Part shown: piece by piece, positions 1-8,345 of the stretch
Layout of the letters: each line of letters starts with the position of its first letter
How positions within the stretch are numbered: position 1 is the first letter of the stretch
Source: Escherichia coli
GTDB lineage: Bacteria > Pseudomonadota > Gammaproteobacteria > Enterobacterales > Enterobacteriaceae
DNA length: 46,580 nt
Assembly: GCF_003334255.1 (NCBI RefSeq)
Contig: NZ_QOWU01000043.1
Reading direction: 5' to 3' (one strand)
The notes under the pieces: model-generated
The model's input: only the letters and a program-made list of their open reading frames with translations
Told to the model about the DNA's origin: nothing
Database searches by the model: none
Made by a program: the position numbers and the translations under genes

Positions 1-5
1 CAAAT

Positions 6-86
6 GCCTGATGCGCTACGCTTATCAGGCCTACAGATTCTTGCGCCATTCGTAGGCCGGATAAGGCGTTCACGCCGCATCCGGCA
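6..86. repeat. BIME: two REP (repetitive extragenic palindromic) units in inverted orientation, 6..34 and 52..86
   Basis: Direct read: gcctgatgcgctacgcttatcaggcctac and gtaggccggataaggcgttcacgccgcatccggca match the classic E. coli REP consensus; lies just 3' of the yahG stop. Confidence 0.8.
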
Positions 87-98
87 TGAACATGTAGG

Positions 99-1517
99 TC
101 AGACGCCGTAACGTTCGCACCAGCCAAGAATGGCTTTCTCGAAGCAGGCAAAAGGTGGATGCACAATGCCCGCGCCAATCATGCCGACGCCCGCATCTTT
201 ATGGGCGATGGCGGTGTTGATCACCGGCAGAATGCCGCTGCTACCCACGCGGGTGATGTCGATTGCCGACGGCACGCCCATAAAACCGAGCAGCGGAATG
301 GTGACGTTGGGGTTTTCACCGAGGGTGATTTCGCGCATCTGACGGGAGAAATCAATAGCTTCTTCCACCGTGCCGCCCACCAGCGCGACGATAGCGGGCG
401 CGGTCGCCATAGCAAATCCGCCAATACCGTAGGTTTCGGTGATGGCGCTGTCGCCGATATCCAGCCCCGAATCTTCCGGCTTATAACCGGCAAACATCGG
501 GCCGATCACCTGCTGCGCCGGGCCGGTAAACCATTGTCCCGGCAGGCCGCTGACCCGCAGGCCGAACTCGACGCCGTTACGCGCCATGGTGGTGACCACG
601 GTGCTGTATTCGATGCCATGCGCCGCATCCATCGCCGCTTTACACATCGCCATCCACGTCGGGCCGGAGAAGTAGTCGCTGCTGGCGACAAACTCAAACA
701 CTTCGCGCTGTTGCTCGACGGAATAACCCGCCTGAATAATCCCCGGCGTCAGCGCCTGAATCAGCAGTGTCGTCCCGGCGTTATTGCGGTTATGGCACTC
801 ATCGCCCATATGCAGCGCCTGCGCCAGCATTAAGCGCAGATCGATTTCGCCGATAATTTTCATCGCGTCGCGCAGTATTGGTCCCTGCACATCACGCATC
901 CAGTTCAGGCGGTCAATCACGCTCTGGTCGTTAGCGCCCATACGCAAAATCTTCGCCATCTGCTCGCTCATGTTGGTATAAGCGATGTTGCCGTAGGTTT
1001 TGTTTTTTACGATGTGCATAAACATCGAGGCCGAGGTAACACCCGCCATCGATCCCACGCAGTCGTGCTCGTGACACGGCGAGAAGGTGATCTCCCCGGA
1101 AGCCGCCAGTTCAGCCGCCTCGTCGAGATCTTTCGCCAGTCCTTCGAACACCAGCGCTCCGGTGACCGCGCCTTTCATCGCGCCGCACATTTTTTCCCAG
1201 GTGATCGGCGGCCCGGCGTGAAGAATGGTTTTCGCCGTCATGCCCGGCACCACGTTAATCGCCTGATCAAAACCAATCAGCACCGGATGCGACTGGATAA
1301 TACGCTCCAGCGCCTGCTGGTTAGCGGCGGCGATTTTGTCCGCCAGCGGCGAATCGGCAATGTTATCCAGCGCCTGCACCACCTGCATATTGCCCTGCCC
1401 CGGCGGCGTCCAGTCGAGTTGAGTCACTTCTACATGCTGCTTTTTCAGGTCATCGCTAAACATGGCGATGCCGACGTTAATAACGTTCAATGGTTGGCTA
1501 AACAGTGACTGGCTCAT
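99..1517 (-). CDS. yahG: DUF1116 family protein YahG (paralogue of YlbE/AllG)
   Basis: 472-aa ORF; protein recognised from recall as E. coli YahG; start overlaps yahF stop (ATGA junction at 1517). Confidence 0.9.
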   Translation of the reverse strand: MSQSLFSQPLNVINVGIAMFSDDLKKQHVEVTQLDWTPPGQGNMQVVQALDNIADSPLADKIAAANQQALERIIQSHPVLIGFDQAINVVPGMTAKTILHAGPPITWEKMCGAMKGAVTGALVFEGLAKDLDEAAELAASGEITFSPCHEHDCVGSMAGVTSASMFMHIVKNKTYGNIAYTNMSEQMAKILRMGANDQSVIDRLNWMRDVQGPILRDAMKIIGEIDLRLMLAQALHMGDECHNRNNAGTTLLIQALTPGIIQAGYSVEQQREVFEFVASSDYFSGPTWMAMCKAAMDAAHGIEYSTVVTTMARNGVEFGLRVSGLPGQWFTGPAQQVIGPMFAGYKPEDSGLDIGDSAITETYGIGGFAMATAPAIVALVGGTVEEAIDFSRQMREITLGENPNVTIPLLGFMGVPSAIDITRVGSSGILPVINTAIAHKDAGVGMIGAGIVHPPFACFEKAILGWCERYGV

Positions 1518-3064
1518 CAGGCTTCCTCCCCTTTGCAGATAAATTCACGCGCCAGCAATCCGGTATTGGTGCTGCTGCTCGCCAGAATCACTCCGGCATC
1601 AAGCAGCATCTGGCTTTGTTGTTCTAACGATGGCGTATCAAGATCGGTACCCAGCACATAGGCGAGAATGATCAACTCGCGTCCTTCGGCAGCGGCGATC
1701 GCTTTCGCTTCTTTGATCGTCTCGATGGTGGAGCCGACCGGATCTTCATGCGATCCAAATCCGAGCACAAAATCCATCACGATCACCGCCACTTCTGGAT
1801 CGCGCGCCTCTTCGATCAAGCGACTGATGCGGTTGGTGGGGTCAATCATCGGGTGCGGCTTGCCGTTGGTGAAGTCGTCATCGCCAAAGTCGAGGAAGGT
1901 GTGTTTGATGCTGCGGTTGATATCTTTCAGGCGGAATTCCGGATCGGGCTGAATGTTGCTGTAGACATCGCCATGTTTTTCCATCACCGCGAACATGGTT
2001 TCGTCGCACAGCGTGCCGCCGCAGAACAGGCCACGAATGTATTTCTGCTGCGGTTGCAGACGCGCACGCACATCCGCAATCAACGGCTGGTTAAGCGTAT
2101 GCAGGTCGAGATTTTCCTGTTTCACGCCGGAGAGCATCACCGCTTTTAGCGCTGCCTCTTTGGTGCCGCGGGCAAACTGTAGCCCCTGCTCATCCACTGG
2201 CGTTTCGCCACGATCGAGGAAGCAGACGACCACCGGCTTGCGGCAGGCGCGCGCACGTTCCAGCACTTTGCGGGCCACCGCAGGCGCAGGCGGTTTGGAG
2301 ATAAGCGCAATGATTTCAGTTTGCGGATCGTTTTCCAGCATCCCGATGGCGTCGAGCATCATCAGGCCGCCGATTTTCTCGCTCAGGTCGCGCCCGCCGG
2401 TGCCAATCAGTTGCGAAACGCCGCCGCCAAATTCATGAATGCGGACGCTCAACTCCTGACTGCCGGTGCCGGATGCGCCAACAATACCGATGTTGCCGCG
2501 ACGCACGGCGTTACCAAAACAGAGCGCCGCGCCGTTGATAATCGCCGTGCCACAGTCTGGCCCCATCATCAGCAGCCCTTTTTCGTGGGCCAGTTGCTTG
2601 AGCGCCAGTTCATCTTCAACTGAGACGTTATCGGAAAACAGCATCACGTTGAGATCGTTTTGCAGCGCCTGACGCGCTTCGCGAGCGGCAAACAGACCGT
2701 TGACCGAAATCACCGCCAGGTTACTTTCCGGGATATGCTTTTTGGCGCTGCCAATAGTGGCGTAACGCGCCTCGTGCGAGCCGCTTTGCGCTTTGGTGTT
2801 GAACAGTTCTTCAATCTCCACCAGCAACTGCTCGTTGTCCGCACCCGATTTACCATTGATGACAATCATCAGGTCGCCGTTTTTCGCCTGCTCCAGCTCC
2901 GGCGTCAGCAGTCCTAAATTCTTCAGCACGCCTTTATTCATTTCGGTCGCCATCGCCACAAATGCCTGCTCGACGCCGTCGAGTTTATTTGCACGCGTGG
3001 AGATAGACATCAGCGAGACAGAATCAAAATAGGTATTCGGTTTAATGACTATTTTAACTGACAT
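1517..3064 (-). CDS. yahF: FdrA-like CoA-binding / succinyl-CoA synthetase alpha-like protein YahF
   Basis: 515-aa ORF with glycine-rich CoA-ligase-like motifs (GIVGASGTG, GGRD); recognised as YahF; overlaps yahE by 11 nt. Confidence 0.9.
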   Translation of the reverse strand: MSVKIVIKPNTYFDSVSLMSISTRANKLDGVEQAFVAMATEMNKGVLKNLGLLTPELEQAKNGDLMIVINGKSGADNEQLLVEIEELFNTKAQSGSHEARYATIGSAKKHIPESNLAVISVNGLFAAREARQALQNDLNVMLFSDNVSVEDELALKQLAHEKGLLMMGPDCGTAIINGAALCFGNAVRRGNIGIVGASGTGSQELSVRIHEFGGGVSQLIGTGGRDLSEKIGGLMMLDAIGMLENDPQTEIIALISKPPAPAVARKVLERARACRKPVVVCFLDRGETPVDEQGLQFARGTKEAALKAVMLSGVKQENLDLHTLNQPLIADVRARLQPQQKYIRGLFCGGTLCDETMFAVMEKHGDVYSNIQPDPEFRLKDINRSIKHTFLDFGDDDFTNGKPHPMIDPTNRISRLIEEARDPEVAVIVMDFVLGFGSHEDPVGSTIETIKEAKAIAAAEGRELIILAYVLGTDLDTPSLEQQSQMLLDAGVILASSSTNTGLLAREFICKGEEA

Positions 3065-3917
3065 AATTCCCTCCGTAGGTTTGGCTCAGCACACAACCAT
3101 CGGCCATGCCATACAGCATGTCGCAGCCGGAACTGGAGCCAATATGTTTAATTTTTTCTATTGCCTGAGTTGCGTTCCCAGGGATGTCATAAATAATGTT
3201 GTGAATAAAACGATGAATATTTTCCCGGCAGCGTTGTTGTAATGCGGCTTCCAGCGTTATGGCACTTAATAATGTGGTATTATTTTTGCCGCGTTGCAGA
3301 CCGAGATAAAATTCCTCTTTGTATTTTTCCGCCGGATGCCCGGGAATAAATAAAATAAGCGCCAGACCTGTTAAATAATCGTCGGCTGATGGCGTAAGGC
3401 CAATCCCTAACCCCATCATACTGGCGACCGCTGAGGCGATATTTTGTTTATCGTTTACGGCCTGAATAACTGCCCGTCGTTTAATATGTAATTCTTTATT
3501 TAACGCCTGATAAAACGGATTATCGCCGCGATAATTAAACAGGGTTTCATTTTCCCCCAGGTGCTGATGAATAATGTCGTGCCACTGTAGCCAGGCGATA
3601 AGGTGAAAATTCACAGCGGTCATTTGCAAGGTTGGGGACAGCCAACGCCGACAACGACTCATCTCTATATGAAGATGTTGACCAACCGTAATACCTTGAT
3701 CGTCAAACTGAACCTTATCACCATGCCGGAACAGATCATCAAAGTGAGTGAGTGCCAACCGACAACTGTTTGGCGCATTGTCGTACTCTTCACAAAGCAG
3801 CGTCAGCAACTGCTGGCGAGCCGGGAGTGCGATATTTACCGCTCTGGCAAAGACCTGTTCAACCTGTCCTTGCCCCCGCTGCGCCAGAAAATCCGCATCC
3901 GCAGTTAGCGCCCACAC
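3054..3917 (-). CDS. yahE: DUF2877 family protein YahE (paralogue of YlbF/AllH)
   Basis: 287-aa ORF in operon arrangement with yahF and yahG; recognised as YahE. Confidence 0.85.
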   Translation of the reverse strand: MWALTADADFLAQRGQGQVEQVFARAVNIALPARQQLLTLLCEEYDNAPNSCRLALTHFDDLFRHGDKVQFDDQGITVGQHLHIEMSRCRRWLSPTLQMTAVNFHLIAWLQWHDIIHQHLGENETLFNYRGDNPFYQALNKELHIKRRAVIQAVNDKQNIASAVASMMGLGIGLTPSADDYLTGLALILFIPGHPAEKYKEEFYLGLQRGKNNTTLLSAITLEAALQQRCRENIHRFIHNIIYDIPGNATQAIEKIKHIGSSSGCDMLYGMADGCVLSQTYGGNYVS

Positions 3918-3956
3918 ACACCGTCTTTCTGGTGTGTTGATAGCAAGCCTCCCGGT

Positions 3957-4562
3957 TTATGCACCTGCGGCAATCAGTAACTGCGCAATCTCTTCAAAGC
4001 CCCGTTCCCGCGCCAGTTCCAGTGGCGTTTTGCCATATTTATCGGTCAGATGCGGGCTGGCACCGTGTTCCAGCAATAACTGCACAATCGCCTGCTGTTT
4101 AATACCACCATCATTAAGCACAATCGCTTCCAGTAGCGGCGTCCAGCCTACATGGTTGGTCTGGTTAACGTTAATCTCCGTATGCGCCAAAAGCTCTTTT
4201 ACAATACTTAAATGGCCTTTTTCACAGGCAGGCGTCAGGCCGACACCGCCAAAACGGGTTACGCAATTAAGATCGGGTTTAGCCGGTAAAATAATTCGTA
4301 GTAGCGTTAAATCATCGTTCAGACAGCTAATTAAAAAAGGATTTAAACAGGTATGATCTTGCTTATTAATATCCGCTCCGGCATCAATTAATGCCTGAAC
4401 GCAAGCATATTGCTGATATAAACTTGCCAGCGTAATTGCCGTTTTCCCCTGACGATCGCAGGTATTAATATCGACACCCAGCGCAAGGCAGGTTTTTACT
4501 TTATCGATATCACCCTGTTGTGCAGCCAATAAATAGTCGGCAGGTAGATTTTTTATACTCAT
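3957..4562 (-). CDS. yahD: ankyrin-repeat protein YahD
   Basis: 201-aa ORF with tandem ankyrin-like repeats (GKTAITLAS...LIDAGADIN; GWTPLLEAI...LLEHGASP; GKTPLELA). Confidence 0.9.
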   Translation of the reverse strand: MSIKNLPADYLLAAQQGDIDKVKTCLALGVDINTCDRQGKTAITLASLYQQYACVQALIDAGADINKQDHTCLNPFLISCLNDDLTLLRIILPAKPDLNCVTRFGGVGLTPACEKGHLSIVKELLAHTEINVNQTNHVGWTPLLEAIVLNDGGIKQQAIVQLLLEHGASPHLTDKYGKTPLELARERGFEEIAQLLIAAGA

Positions 4563-4665
4563 TCACATTCCCCTGGTTTTTGTGGCTGTTTTCGATGAAT
4601 TGAGAATAGCAACGATAATCTGATAAAAGAACCCGCTTAAATTTAATTCGCCGTATCTCGCCTTT

Positions 4666-4686
4666 TTGTTGAATAATATTCAACAA
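4666..4686. promoter_or_regulatory. 21-bp perfect palindrome TTGTTGAATA-A-TATTCAACAA in the yahD/yahC divergent intergenic region; candidate operator
   Basis: Direct read of sequence; function not established. Confidence 0.4.
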
Positions 4687-4819
4687 TCTTTTCGCAGTGT
4701 GCGGTAGTGCAATATTTGTTTCTTTGACCCGATACCCTTTCACTCAATCAGGTTTTATTTCTCTATAGTCTGCACATGTAAGAGTAGCTTTCGTCCATGT
4801 CTAACCAGAGGGGAACAAG

Positions 4820-5317
4820 ATGAACGGACTCACGGCAACGGGTGTCACCGTCGGTATTTGTGCAGGGCTTTGGCAGTTAGTGTCTTCACATGTCGGGCTC
4901 TCTCAAGGATGGGAATTATTAGGAACCATTGGCTTCGTCGCCTTTTGCAGTTTTTATGCCGCAGGCGGCGGTAAATCGGGGTTTATCAGAAGTCTGGCGG
5001 TTAATTATTCCGGGATGGTGTGGGCGTTTTTCGCCGCGCTGACTGCTGGTTGGCTGGCCTCTGTAAGTGGACTGTCCGCGTTCTGGGCGAGCGTAATTAC
5101 TACCGTACCCTTCTCGGCGGTAGTGGTCTGGCAAGGGCGTTTCTGGTTACTGTCCTTTATTCCCGGTGGCTTTCTCGGCATGACGCTGTTTTTTGCCAGC
5201 GGGATGAACTGGACGGTGACGTTACTGGGTTTTCTGGCGGGTAACTGCGTGGGGGTAATTTCAGAATATGGTGGACAAAAATTAAGCGAAGCGACGACTA
5301 AACGCGACGGGTATTAA
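4820..5317 (+). CDS. yahC: inner membrane protein YahC
   Basis: 165-aa hydrophobic ORF, multiple predicted transmembrane segments; recognised as YahC. Confidence 0.85.
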   Translation: MNGLTATGVTVGICAGLWQLVSSHVGLSQGWELLGTIGFVAFCSFYAAGGGKSGFIRSLAVNYSGMVWAFFAALTAGWLASVSGLSAFWASVITTVPFSAVVVWQGRFWLLSFIPGGFLGMTLFFASGMNWTVTLLGFLAGNCVGVISEYGGQKLSEATTKRDGY

Positions 5318-5408
5318 AAGTTATTCAAAAATGATTATCTATCTTTAACCGATACCTCTACAGTCATAGCTGGAGAAATTCATAGTAGATAATGGCGAGA
5401 ATGGTTTA

Positions 5409-6341
5409 ATGAACTCAATTTTTACCGAAGAGAATCTGTTGGCATTTACTACCGCTGCGCGTTTTGGCAGCTTCAGTAAAGCCGCAGAAGAGTTGGGTTT
5501 AACCACTTCCGCCATTAGCTACACCATTAAGCGTATGGAGACGGGGCTGGATGTGGTGCTGTTCACTCGCAGTACCCGCAGCATTGAGTTAACGGAGTCC
5601 GGGCGTTATTTTTTCCGCAAAGCTACCGACCTGCTGAATGATTTTTATGCCATCAAACGCAGTATCGATACTATTTCGCAGGGCATAGAAGCGCGTGTGC
5701 GCATTTGTATTAATCAGCTGCTTTATACGCCCAAACACACCGCACGCTTGTTACAGGTGCTGAAAAAGCAGTTTCCTACCTGCCAGATTACCGTCACCAC
5801 CGAAGTGTATAACGGCGTCTGGGATGCGATTATTAATAATCAGGCCAATATCGCCATCGGCGCACCCGATACACTACTGGACGGCGGCGGTATTGATTAC
5901 ACTGAAATTGGCGCGATTCGCTGGGCTTTTGCTATCGCCCCGGATCACCCGTTAGCCTTTGTGCCGGAACCCATCGCCGAAAGCCAACTGCGTCTCTACC
6001 CTAATATTATGGTGGAGGACACCGCGCATACGATTAATAAAAAAGTGGGCTGGTTGCTGCACGGGCAGGAGTCAATTCTGGTGCCAGATTTCAACACCAA
6101 ATGTCAGTGCCAGATTTTAGGTGAAGGAATTGGTTTTTTGCCGGATTACATGGTCCGTGAGGCGATGACGCAATCCCTGCTGGTTACCCGACAAATCCAT
6201 AATCCGCGCCAGGATTCGCGCATGTTACTGGCGACTCAGCATTCTGCTACGGGTCAGGTGACGCAGTGGATTAAAAAACAATTTGCGCCAAATGGCATAT
6301 TAACGGGGATCTATCAGGATTTACTGCATCGGGAGAATTAA
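5409..6341 (+). CDS. yahB: LysR-family transcriptional regulator YahB
   Basis: 310-aa ORF; N-terminal LysR helix-turn-helix (FSKAAEELGLTTSAISYTIKRME) plus substrate-binding domain. Confidence 0.9.
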   Translation: MNSIFTEENLLAFTTAARFGSFSKAAEELGLTTSAISYTIKRMETGLDVVLFTRSTRSIELTESGRYFFRKATDLLNDFYAIKRSIDTISQGIEARVRICINQLLYTPKHTARLLQVLKKQFPTCQITVTTEVYNGVWDAIINNQANIAIGAPDTLLDGGGIDYTEIGAIRWAFAIAPDHPLAFVPEPIAESQLRLYPNIMVEDTAHTINKKVGWLLHGQESILVPDFNTKCQCQILGEGIGFLPDYMVREAMTQSLLVTRQIHNPRQDSRMLLATQHSATGQVTQWIKKQFAPNGILTGIYQDLLHREN

Positions 6342-6382
6342 TCGCTGCCAACCTCCCGATGCGCTGTGAATAGCGGTTTACA

Positions 6383-7471
6383 TCAACCACCTGCTTTCAT
6401 TACCCATTCAGAGATAAATTTATTACCCGGTACTGGCGGAGAGTACAAATAGCCCTGCAAAAAGTGAACGCCTTTACCGATCATTAAATCCGCCTGCTCC
6501 TGGGTTTCTACCCCTTCCGCCACGATACTCAGACCAGGCTTACGCGCTAGTTCGACAATATTGTCCACAATATGACCGGAGATTTCGTCGACACTCGCCA
6601 TTTGCACAAATGACTTATCGATCTTAATAAAATCGACCGGGAACGCCTGCAAGTAACGATAGGTCGCATAACCCGTACCAAAGTCATCCAGCGCAAAGGT
6701 AATGTTGTGCTGATGAAGGCTGTCAAATATCGCTCTGGCTTCTGGCGTTACCGGAATAGGGTTACGTTCCGTTAGCTCGAGAACCAGCTTGATTTTATCG
6801 TTACCTAATTTATTAACCAGGTTCAGACACTCTTTTTCAAATCCCGCTGCCAAAAAACAACCCGCCGAGACGTTGATGCCAATATGGAAATTGTCCGGCA
6901 GCAAATGTTTTACCGGCATCAGAATATCCGCAGTCTGTTTCATCAGTTGGCGGGTCATTATGACAATAAGACCGGATGACTCCGCCAGAGGAATAAACTG
7001 ATCCGGTGGGATAATTCCCGTTTGTGGATGTTCCCAGCGGACAAGCACCTCACAGCCCGTCAGTACCCCAGTCTGCGCGCAGAAAACCGGTTGGATCCAC
7101 GGTTTGAATTCGTGGTTTTCCAACGCCAGACTGATGGCTTCAGGCGTGACGATATGGTGATAGTGATTATCATTAATATATCTGTGACTATTACTCCCCG
7201 TGGCGGATATGATCTCCGGATTGTACTGAAAGAAAATATCGCGCCAGAAAGTAATATCGCTCTGAATCCCCAGTTTCTCAAAGAGCTGTTTCTTTTGATG
7301 TGAAATTGTCTTTGCACTGCGATTTCTGTACTGTGATATTTCTGTTACAGACATTCCCTGCATCAGCAGCTTGAGTAGCAGTCGTTCTTTCTCGGATACG
7401 CTACCAGGCAATGACAAATGAACCGTTGTACCGAACTCTTGCAGAAAAACACGAAAATCACATGAATTCAT
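6383..7471 (-). CDS. pdeL: c-di-GMP phosphodiesterase PdeL (LuxR-type HTH + EAL domain)
   Basis: ORF 6383..7477; N-terminal LuxR-type HTH and C-terminal EAL domain (ELTE, DDFGTGY motifs); start placed at third codon to give the 362-aa K-12 form, 7477 is an alternative. Confidence 0.9.
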   Translation of the reverse strand: MNSCDFRVFLQEFGTTVHLSLPGSVSEKERLLLKLLMQGMSVTEISQYRNRSAKTISHQKKQLFEKLGIQSDITFWRDIFFQYNPEIISATGSNSHRYINDNHYHHIVTPEAISLALENHEFKPWIQPVFCAQTGVLTGCEVLVRWEHPQTGIIPPDQFIPLAESSGLIVIMTRQLMKQTADILMPVKHLLPDNFHIGINVSAGCFLAAGFEKECLNLVNKLGNDKIKLVLELTERNPIPVTPEARAIFDSLHQHNITFALDDFGTGYATYRYLQAFPVDFIKIDKSFVQMASVDEISGHIVDNIVELARKPGLSIVAEGVETQEQADLMIGKGVHFLQGYLYSPPVPGNKFISEWVMKAGG

Positions 7472-8305
7472 GAACACACCTTTATCTTTTATCGCTGTTC
7501 AGTATGAGTGATTACCTGTCGATTCCTGAGCACACATAAGGGGTAACCATAAACATCAGGGATGCCATACGTATAACATCCCACATCACTATCAAGAAGA
7601 TTATCTTTACCTCTGATGCTCGCTCAAAAACAGTTACGCTAAATACCTTAAAAAGGTAATCACAAGTCAAACTCAGGAGATAATCACGCAAGAATGCAAT
7701 ATTAAAATTCAGATACTCATTTTTGGTAATAAAGAAGTAGTTGGACTATTTCAATATTTATAATTTCCCACTACATACTGGCATCCATTCATGAGCAAAG
7801 GCGCATTATATGAATTTAACAATCCAGATCAACTGAAAATACCTCTCCCTCATAAACACATAGCGTCAACATTCAATGACATAATGAGTAAAGATGTTGG
7901 TTATGCATACGTATCATTACTCTATGCCTGTCCCTTAAAAACCCACTCATTAAGACTGAATCCATTCAGCAAATGATAACCAATATTATAGCAATGCCAA
8001 TAAAAACAATATTTAAAACATTCAATAAAATATCACACACAGATAATTAAACCTTAAATAACAAATGGTTGCGTTAATTTCAGTTGATTTACGATACACA
8101 TTTCTCATGAATAATGCGTCATTTCAAATGATCAGCAATATTTACATTAAATAAGACTAAACTTATTGAACATTCGCAACAGCCCAAATGTAGGTTTTGG
8201 GCTGCAATAGTTCTTTTCTTTTTTATTATCTGTTGTCTGGTAATCATCAATAGATACTAAGGGCTTAACCGTATAGATATAACGTATCAAGAGGTAGGAG
8301 AAACA

Positions 8306-8327
8306 GCGCCATATGCAGACATGGCGC
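8306..8327 (-). terminator. hairpin GCGCCAT-N8-ATGGCGC 20 nt downstream of betT stop, T-rich on both flanks; probable betT terminator
   Basis: Direct read of inverted repeat and flanking T/A runs. Confidence 0.5.
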
Positions 8328-8345
8328 GGTTTTATGCAATAACAA

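Noticed and set aside
159-833. 224-aa plus-strand ORF, and several similar long ORFs elsewhere (e.g. 11877..12482, 12757..13266, 32534..33028, 40727..41026, 44502..45005)
   Set aside because: Each lies entirely antisense to or within a well-supported gene (yahG, betB, betA, ecpB/ecpC, paoB, yagP), with arginine/proline-rich low-complexity translations typical of shadow frames in GC-rich coding DNA.
4666-4686. Reading the yahD/yahC palindrome as an ArgR ARG box
   Set aside because: TGAAT and ATTCA half-sites are present but separated by 3 rather than 4 bases, so it does not fit the 18-bp ARG box geometry; reported only as an unassigned dyad.
7791-7976. 61-aa ORF in the pdeL upstream region
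   Set aside because: No Shine-Dalgarno sequence upstream of the ATG and no recognisable protein features; more likely chance in AT-rich regulatory DNA. The region itself is flagged as a finding.
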